Program-made: the position numbers and the translations under genes
The notes under the pieces: model-generated
Databases searched by the model: none
Told to the model about the DNA's origin: nothing
The model's input: only the letters and a program-made list of their open reading frames with translations
Shown: piece by piece, positions 10,650 through 17,956 of the stretch
How the letters are laid out: every line of letters begins with the position of its first letter
Position numbering within the stretch: position 1 is the first letter of the stretch
Assembly: GCF_006345805.1 (NCBI RefSeq)
Contig: NW_021825126.1
Coordinates: forward strand, 1 to 17,956
Length of the DNA stretch: 17,956 nt
Direction: 5' to 3'
Origin: Octopus sinensis
Lineage: Eukaryota

Positions 10650-11004
10650 ACATCCTCACTTTCTTCATATTTTATAGACTCCTCATGAAATAATCTTCAT
10701 TTGAAAAATATTCATTATTAATAAAATGTTTCGACAGTTAATCGATTTGTTCCTAAAACTTACGGTTGAATGTATTATATTAGGCAAGCATTGACAGGAT
10801 ACCCTCAGGCGTAGTTATGGGTATTGGGAGAGAATATTTACTAACAAGTAATGGATGATCGTTTTGATAAATAAACGCCTGTTTAAATTCCTTTTCCACG
10901 ACTGGATATACTAAATAAATAGACAGATATAAACAAATGGAAAAGAAGACAATCATGGATTTAAGAGAGAAAAAATCGTTGGATTATGGAAAATCATCAG
11001 CATA

Positions 11005-11451
11005 TAGGCGCAGGAGTGGCTTGCTTACCAACCACATGGTTCCGGGTTCAGTCCCACTGCGTGGCACCTTGAGCAAGTGTCTTCTACTATAGCCTTGGGT
11101 TGACCAAAGCCTTGTGAGTGGATTTGGTAGACGGAAACTGAAAGAAGCCAGTCGTATATATGTATATATACATATATATATATGTATGGGGAGAGTTTAC
11201 GAAAAAAACAAAAGACGAAGACCGGTGGTGTACAAAACAAACAGATGTATTAGTATAACGCTCGTGTATGTGTTGTGTATCAGTGTTTGTTCCCTCAACA
11301 TCACTTGGCAACCGATGCTGGTGTGTTTAGGTCCCCGTAATTTAGCGGCTCTGCAAAAAAGAATAAGTCCTGGGGTCGATTTGATTCGACTAAAGGCGGT
11401 GCTCCAGCATGGCCGCTGTCAAATGACTGAAACAAGTAAAAGAGTAAAAGA
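11005..11451 (+). mobile_element. SINE family X, copy 6, with PLE tail insert at 11188-11264
   Basis: Head deletion (gtggcttgcttacc), PLE insert, end gtaaaagagtaaaagaa. Confidence 0.9.
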
Positions 11452-11876
11452 ATGTGATGATATTTATCAAATGTAAACAAATAGTTACAATCTTCACCAA
11501 CACAGTGCTAACCCTGGCCCCAAGTTTTCCAAAACACAATCTGGAAAATAGAGTAGGAACATTTTTGAAGCTAGATAATAACTATTTCCTCTAGATCGAT
11601 CTTACTCAGATTGGAATCAAGAAGTATCTATATTATGTGTTACTAATAAATTTTTAAGTCTTCTTTTCTTCAGATTTCTTGTCGAATCCTCGCACATCCA
11701 TATTTACAGCATTTATGTTTGTTCTGCAGATATAGCTGTCGTTAGTTTTAAGTTCAATTCTTCTATTTGTCAATATATCTGTACGTTTCATTATCATCAT
11801 TTCTCCCATATTTTCTTTCTTTTGCCATAGTTGTCATTGAATGTATGGCGACATTTTCTATGTATATATAAAGTAT

Positions 11877-12185
11877 GGAGGCGCAATGGCCCAGTGGTTA
11901 AGGCAGCGGACTCGCGGTCGTAGGATCGTGGTTTCGATTCCCAGACCGGGCGTTGTGAGTGTTTATTGAGCGAAAACACCTAAAACTCCACGAGGCTCCG
12001 GCAGGGGATGGTGGCGATCCCTACTGTACTCTTCCGCCACAACTTTCTCTCATTCTTTCTTCTGTTGACCTGCTCGCTTAGCTAGCGGGGTGGCGTCATT
12101 TGAAGGCTAAAACAATGCGAAGCGCATTGTGATCAGCGATGTGTAACAGCATCTGATAGCCTGGTCGGTCACGGTGATCACGGTC
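11877..12185 (+). mobile_element. tRNA-derived SINE, head type 1 with tail type C
   Basis: Head and body match 3889 up to ~12060, then a different tail (gctcgcttagctagcggggtggc...gcctggtcggtcacggtga). Perfect 11-bp TSD atataaagtat at 11866-11876 and 12186-12196. Confidence 0.92.
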
Positions 12186-12462
12186 ATATAAAGTATATCT
12201 GAAAAAAAAAACTGAAAAAAAGAAAAAAGAAACGATAACTAAAGAGGCCGATAAACATTTGGTAGTTACTCAATTTCAAATAACTGAAACAAGTAAAAGA
12301 ATAAAAGAATACCAGAAAAATACTAAGCCAAGAATATGTACGATGTATTTTAAGGTTAAATAGTAATTCCGTTTACGTTTGGGTAACTAAGATATTTTGG
12401 TTGGATTATATAGTCACTGCTATTACATTACTTTCTATATTCTCTATCACAATATAGTTTCC

Positions 12463-12603
12463 TAGGCCTGAAATTTTTGTGGGGAGGGGGCCAGTTGATT
12501 AGCCGACCCCGGTACTCAGCTGGTACTTAATTTATCGAGCCCCAAGGGACGAAAGGCAAAGTCGACCCCGGCAGAATTTGAACTCAGAACGTAAAGACAG
12601 ACG
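12463..12603 (-). mobile_element. Truncated SINE with the concatemer-family body and a different tail
   Basis: ggtacttaatttatcga...gaaaggcaaagtcgacc...gaatttgaactcagaacgta matches 2409-2480; the tail (minus cccctccccacaaaaatttcaggcctag) differs. Confidence 0.8.
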
Positions 12604-12699
12604 GTCATAATATACAAACATTTCTCATGACACCAGTACACTGTTTATAGATGCTTACATTTTTTATATTTTCCGTGAATTTTTCACGTGTCCAGCTAG

Positions 12700-13232
12700 T
12701 TATTATTATTATTGAGTGAGAGAGCAGTGCATGCCATCAAAGTGACACTGGGGTAAAATATACGAAGCCCAGTATACCCATCATGACTACCCGTCTGATA
12801 AGGGTACACCAGGCACATGCATCACAACCATATGTGCGCGACATGGTGATCTCTAACAGGATAAACAGCGCATGACCTTGCGGGTGGGGCTCAGTTAGAA
12901 TTTTCTTCTGGTTGGGTAACCCATCCCGCTCAAAAGGTCCCTGATTAAGGGTTGTTTAAGGATGTTGAACGAAACACCTCTGTTTCCAGAGATGAATCAT
13001 TCAAACCCCAAAGAATCCCTCTCAACACACGGCTATGATGCTCCCCCACTACTTCTGCTCGTGATCAGAGATGCACATATCGTCAGCCACCAAGGGACAT
13101 GCTCAACTGGTTAAGGTCAAACAACTGACAAGCAAATCTGTGGTATTGAGCAGAATATTTGCTGTAGCCCATCTTTTATACCAAGACAAAACAATGTACA
13201 TGATAACACTTCCAATCAGTTTTATCATGTAC

Positions 13233-13235
<3 letters not shown>
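12700..13235 (-). mobile_element. Probable 3' UTR fragment of a non-LTR retroelement embedded in (TAA)n
   Basis: A complex, more GC-rich 520-bp block with (ATT)n on both sides; the minus strand ends ...ctctctcactcAATAATAATAA. (TAA)n targeting is known for Dong/R4-type LINEs, but no coding motif is visible, so the clade is only inferred. Confidence 0.5.
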
Positions 13236-13370
<135 letters not shown>

Positions 13371-13396
13371 TGTGTGTATGTATGCATGTATAGGTG

Positions 13397-13693
13397 GGAA
13401 GGTGAGTGGCCTAGTGATTAGGTTGTTGCACTCACGATGACCAGATCATGAGTTCGAATTCCACACTGAGCAGTGAGTTGTGCTCTTCCGCAAAACACTT
13501 AATTTCACATTCACCCAATCCACTCAGCAGTAAATGGGTAACCCTGCCATGGACTAGCCTTCCGATCAGAGAAAAATGTGAGCTCGCTCTCCTAGCCAGC
13601 GGGGTGGCTTTAATTCGAAAATTAAATCAATGCAAAGCACAATGTGACCGGCGATGTATAACAATAATCCAGTAGCCTGGTGGATCACATGAT
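13397..13693 (+). mobile_element. Older tRNA-derived SINE, head type 3 with tail type C
   Basis: A box tggcctagtga, B box gagttcgaattcc, central ccactcagcagtaaatgggta (similar to 2738-2760). Tail 13581-13693 aligns with 12072-12180. Confidence 0.8.
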
Positions 13694-13744
13694 ATATATA
13701 TATATATATATATATACGTTTATATATTCGTTTTGCAAGATTCT

Positions 13745-13855
13745 TGATGTGAAATCGAGGATGGTCATGTTGCCAGTTTAGCCAATATCGGCTAAACTGG
13801 CAACCTTCCATCCCCAAATACAACAATATCTGTTTCCACCCACGATTTCACATCA
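13745..13855. repeat. 111-bp nested inverted repeat (foldback)
   Basis: Perfect arms tgatgtgaaatcg (13745-13757) / cgatttcacatca (13843-13855) and gttgccagtttagcc (13769-13783) / ggctaaactggcaac (13790-13804). Confidence 0.9.
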
Positions 13856-13881
13856 TATATTATAATATATATATATAATAT

Positions 13882-15018
13882 TGTTACGAAACCCCCTGCC
13901 GTCGCTCAAACTTCGAACCCGGGACCCTACCAAGTCGAGCGACGACGATTGACCGGCCCAGTCGAACAGAGAGAGATAATATACGTACATTTATTTAATT
14001 ATTTTATTGTTTTTATCTTAGACCTGATGAGTGACTATATTTAAAATGAATCGCCACAGAGAGAGAAAACGGTGGTGGAGGGGGGACGGCAACGAACTCG
14101 AACCGGCGACCGGAGATAACAACAACAACAACAACAACAACAGGAGGAGGAAGAGAGACACGGCGGAAGGCGAAATGCTTACATTTAAGAACAGTTTATA
14201 ACCATTATTACGACGTCAAATACAATGTGAAACATAGCAGATACATTAAAGAAAATAACAAAATCGAAAACAATCAAAACAAATAATGTTCACGATACAG
14301 CAAGTCAGGAGACAAATCAAAACAGTTCAATGTTCTACATTAAAGTCTTTCTCTTTCTTTTCAACAACTCTTTTCACAACGTTCTTTACAATCTCATTTC
14401 TTTTCTTCCTCTTTTCCTTCTTTCTTTTTTTGACACATCAATTCCCTTTTTTAGTTCAACAATTCTTTTTTTTTTCTCTTCATCACAGATTACAATTTAC
14501 GTCACAATTCTTTCTTTTACATTTCACATCAAAATTCAACAACCAAAAGACACAAACAAAACTTTACCGAACGTTTTCCAGTCTGCAACAATTTCGGAAA
14601 CTCCCACTACGAATAGCCAATGCCTTCACGCCGTAATCTCCCTTTCGCTCTCAATCCTCTGTGTTATCTGTCTGTCTTTCTCAACGTTGTCATCCTCTCG
14701 CCATCGCCACCTTCTTGGCTGCTGTCTTTTGCCAACTGACTGTCTCCTCCGGCCCCTTTGCCGTCTGAGGCAGAACTCCTAAACTGCCCTGTTGCCAATT
14801 CACTGTCTCCGGTCGAACTGACCAACAAGCACACAGCTCACCGCATTTTAAAGGGTGGTTCCTTAAACTTTCCCTGGCCGGAGAAGGGTCAAAGGTCTCT
14901 TCCAAAAACATTAATCTCTCCAGAAAATGGCAGAATAAAAGGCAATAACTTTTTATCCTAGACTCTACGACTACAAACCAGCAAAAGTGGGTCATAACAC
15001 TCTTATTTTCTTTTTCCG
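13882..15018 (-). mobile_element. LTR (1118 bp, 13882-14999) with adjacent polypurine tract; 3' end remnant of an LTR retrotransposon
   Basis: Inverted termini TGTTACGA...TCATAACA (TG...CA, 7/8 match). On the minus strand GGAAAAAGAAAATAAGAG immediately precedes TGTTATGAC, as expected of a PPT before a 3' LTR. No TSD or gag/pol is visible; (TA)n lies on both sides. Confidence 0.7.
13974..14047 (+). repeat. 74-bp inverted copy of 15252-15325 (5' half of the hammerhead) inside the LTR
   Basis: 73/74 identical to the reverse complement of 15252-15325. Confidence 0.93.
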
Positions 15019-15195
15019 AACTGACCTCCATATCAATATATATATATATATAAATTAGAGAAGAACCAGCATGTAGCAATTCAGCAATGACATACTTAAA
15101 TCATACCATATAGAAAAAATTAAAGATACGATAAAACATTTACCTAGAACTAAATAAAGTACGAAATAATAAATAAATAGTATATAATTAGTAAA

Positions 15196-15280
15196 TAGAC
15201 TACACGTGTTTCGTGGCTCTATTTTCATATTGATAACAATAAAATCAATTAATTTTAAATATAGTCACTCATCAGGTCCA
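15196..15280 (-). ncRNA. Minimal type I hammerhead ribozyme (PLE-type)
   Basis: Minus strand: UGGAC-CUGAUGA-GUGAC-[46 nt AU-rich]-GCCAC-GAAA-C-ACGU-G-UA-GUCUA. It has a full catalytic core, stem I UGGAC/GUCUA, and a one-bp stem III with palindromic loop (CACGUG). Predicted GUA cleavage between 15201 and 15200. Confidence 0.8.
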
Positions 15281-16169
15281 AGATAAAAACAATAAAATAA
15301 TTAAATAAATGTACGTATATTATCTTATAAGAAAATATAAATATATATAATAATAGGTTATTTTTCAATAAAAAATCGAACAAAATTCAACAATATATCT
15401 TAAAACAAAAACACGAAATATCTTATCAAATATATTCTGTTAACTAAATCTTTAAATTTAATACATTGGACTTAGTGTTTATAATAAATTTATCTCGTTA
15501 AAAACGTGGTGTAAATAAAACTAGAAAAAATAGATAGAAATATTTATTTGATCTATAAAAATATATTTTATCTTATAGAAGAAAAAAAATAACAAACTAT
15601 AGTATATCATTACTGGGAAATTAAAATACAAGTAATTAAAACAAAATATATCTATATAAAATACATTAAGTGAAACTAAAATACTATAATTTAACCAATA
15701 TCTATTAAATTATCTATTTATGTATTTATTTAATAAACAGCTAAGTTACATTTTATTCTAATTATGTAATATATGCTAAAAAAACTTCATGCTAACTTAT
15801 ATACATAATACTACTACAAACTATAACTACAAGAATTAAAAATAAAAAATGGTTCAAATATATACACACAAATTAGTTAAACTTATTATATAATTAATTT
15901 AATTTATATATAGAATTAAGCAAAGTTTCTATCATTATTAAAAGTATTTATTTAAATGAAATATTACATAACAAATAAAAAGTTTCCTATCTGTACGATA
16001 AGATTTTGTCTTAAAAAACCATTTCCCAATGTAAATTATATGTAATACGTTAAGATTATAATTCACAACATAAAAACAATAACACACACACACACACACA
16101 CACGCACAAACGCAAATGTATTTATACAAATGCATTTGTATATATATTCAAATGTATATATATATATAT

Positions 16170-16335
16170 CCTTCGAAACACGCTGGAGCCGAACTAGTGA
16201 CAGCTGATGATAGGGGATTTTTCCTTGTGTAGCTTGTCCTGTACTCTGTTTTTCTTTTGTAAAAAAATTGGTTTTTCCGTTATCGTTTTTCGTTTCTCGT
16301 TGAGTTCTACGTCTAGTTGTAGTGTCCTGTACTCA
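16170..16335 (+). mobile_element. Probable PLE terminal-repeat fragment between (TA)n tracts with partial hammerhead boxes
   Basis: Begins with cttcGAAAcacg, has CTGATGA at 16204-16210 followed by an agggga/tcctt hairpin, then a T-rich tail like 5700-5748. Confidence 0.5.
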
Positions 16336-16532
16336 CGTGTATATATATTTATATATGCATGTATATATACATGTAGATGTAGGTACGTACATATATGTTG
16401 TATATATGCATATATTTTATTTATTACACTATATATATATACATACATACACAATTGCAGCGAGGAAGGTGTTTATAAGCCATTTAAAAACACACAAACA
16501 TCCGTTAGATTCAATTCGACATTTAAATTTAA

Positions 16533-16583
16533 TTTGCCAAAATATTTTCGTCGCTTTGAGACGACGACCTGTTCACTGACAAA
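16533..16583 (-). ncRNA. Variant minimal type I hammerhead fold with a G3-C8 core pair
   Basis: Minus strand: UUUGUCA-GUGAACA-G-GUCGU-cgucucaaa-GCGAC-GAAA-AUAU-UU-UGGCAAA. Stem I is 7 bp, stem II is 5 bp, and the stem III region is palindromic. Confidence 0.55.
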
Positions 16584-16712
16584 ATTCCGTGCGGCATCTG
16601 AGAAAGTAAGCTTACACATATATACAAACACGCACAATCATATAGACACTTATACACACTCATAAATATACGTATAATCTTAAAGTATACACACATATAC
16701 GTTTATCCATCT

Positions 16713-16714
<2 letters not shown>

Positions 16715-16795
<81 letters not shown>

Positions 16796-16946
16796 TGTGT
16801 CTGTGTGTGTGTGTATAAAAAATATATGAAATGGGACAAGAACGCAAAACATTCAAATAGACGATACGAAAACGGACGGGTCATTCGAAGCCTCTAATCT
16901 TCAGTCAAGGGCCGGATCATCCTCGCAATTCGGGTGATATATATAT

Positions 16947-16982
<36 letters not shown>

Positions 16983-17345
16983 CATGCATACATACATACA
17001 TATATTTTATGAAAGATATAAGTTAGATGTGTTTAAATCCTCTAAGGGATAGATGTATCCAAAGGCACTCATGGTAATTACCTCCTATTTATGTGTGTAT
17101 GAGTATTTTATTATATATATATACACACATATATATACATGCATACATACACACACATACATATATAATACATATGTCTACACACACACTCATACGTGCA
17201 TGCATGTACACACTCATACACCCACATATAGTCACACAACACATACACACACATACAACTACACATACGTACATACGTATTAATCTATGTACACTCATAC
17301 AATTATATATAACTACATATATATATTTCAGTATCATGCATCTCA
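16715..17345. repeat. (TA)n/(TG)n/(CA)n/(TACA)n low-complexity region
   Basis: Direct reading; pure (TG)n at ~16744-16794; source of the Y/I/H/T-rich ORFs. Confidence 0.92.
16826..16936 (-). mobile_element. Probable PLE terminal-repeat fragment between microsatellites
   Basis: Minus strand: ccGAAttgcgagg...gaCTGAAGA (16904-16898)...cttcGAAt, then a T-rich tail ending ttcttgtcccatttcat; same layout as 16170-16335. Confidence 0.45.
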
Positions 17346-17405
17346 ACATGTATGTGTGAATTTCTGCATGTAAATGAGAGAAAGGGGTGGTTATAGATGA
17401 ATGTT

Positions 17406-17606
17406 GACACACAGTCTGTGTCCGCATAGCATTTGCAAGTGAGGTCATCGCTCCCACCCCTAGCATTACGTGATACTCACAGACCCAGGTTTCTTCTTAG
17501 TTACCTGCCCTCCGTGTGAGGCAACCACAGGATAGCGACGAAAGCTTTGTTCACTCGCAAATGCAGCAGTAACATCGTTCTTTATAGCACTTACACATTC
17601 TGCTGC
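17406..17606 (-). other. Candidate structured RNA element (three adjacent hairpins)
   Basis: Nested complementary segments 17429-17442/17551-17564, 17445-17452/17534-17541, 17476-17481/17515-17520 and 17486-17490/17503-17507, plus flanking hairpins 17406-17422 and 17563-17606. Confidence 0.45.
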
Positions 17607-17648
17607 CATATAAACTTTACTATTCGGTACTATTATTGTATACACACA

Positions 17649-17679
<31 letters not shown>

Positions 17680-17956
17680 CAAATGTAAATAATATATATA
17701 TATACACATACAAATGTATTTATATATATATATACACTAAACTTGAAGGCATTCAGGCTAGCTCCTGCAGAGAGCATCTTTGAGGACTTCGGGCCCTCTA
17801 CCTTGTTTAGTGAAATTTATTTCTACAAATGTGCTAAGCACTAATGCTGATCATAGTTTAATCAATAAGCGTAGGAGTAAAGTAAGTGCAGTAAAAATAC
17901 GGGTATTAGTGTGGCCCAATATTAGTTGGCAATTAAAAACAAAAAGAACCCATTAG

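Larger units (their letters stand above)
8383..11416 (+). repeat. ~1.5-kb direct tandem duplication (about 8383-9876 and 9877-11386)
   Basis: Unique spacers are repeated: gtggaccgag at 8451 and 9944 (offset 1493), taggcgcagg at 9501 and 11005 (offset 1504), ctgcaaaaaagaataag at 9841 and 11351 (offset 1510). Confidence 0.93.

Noticed and set aside
7435-11476. Recurring similar ORFs (AAMLEHRL, HSQGFG...CPRCHAVGLNPEP) as a gene family
   Set aside because: They are translations of SINE family X copies, with inconsistent frames and stops.
11659-11735. Acceptor-like tcttcttttcttcag as exon 2 for the 6627-6699 candidate
   Set aside because: The phase-1 continuation stops after about 20 codons, with no donor and no recognisable protein.
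14286-15079. ORFs within the LTR as gag/env
   Set aside because: F/S/L-rich compositional ORFs without retroviral motifs.
15938-16135. IYIGK in the minus-strand ORF as a GIY-YIG motif
   Set aside because: No upstream GIY/VY motif or downstream R..EH; the ORF starts in a (TG)n microsatellite.
17476-17573. HDV-like ribozyme on the plus strand
   Set aside because: P1- and P2-like pairings can be drawn, but no valid P3/L3 or P1.1 could be built.

Overview
This is AT-rich, repeat-dense eukaryotic DNA with no intact protein-coding gene; the repeat repertoire looks like a coleoid cephalopod, most likely Octopus (recognition from memory, not a database result). The ORFs in the track are translations of microsatellites or repeats. 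The window holds about 15 tRNA-headed SINE copies built from interchangeable head, body and tail modules. These include a TSD-flanked four-unit concatemer, a SINE nested in a SINE, and six alternately oriented copies of one family. There is also a decayed RTE-clade LINE RT fragment fused to a Penelope-like (PLE) GIY-YIG 3' end, a 1.1-kb LTR with adjacent polypurine tract, and a ~1.5-kb tandem duplication with a chimeric SINE at its junction. The most interesting signals are RNA structures: a minimal type I hammerhead ribozyme with a canonical core (15196-15280, minus), a second hammerhead fold with the C3-G8 pair flipped to G3-C8 (16533-16583, minus), several decayed hammerhead remnants, and a non-repetitive multi-hairpin element near 17.4-17.6 kb.
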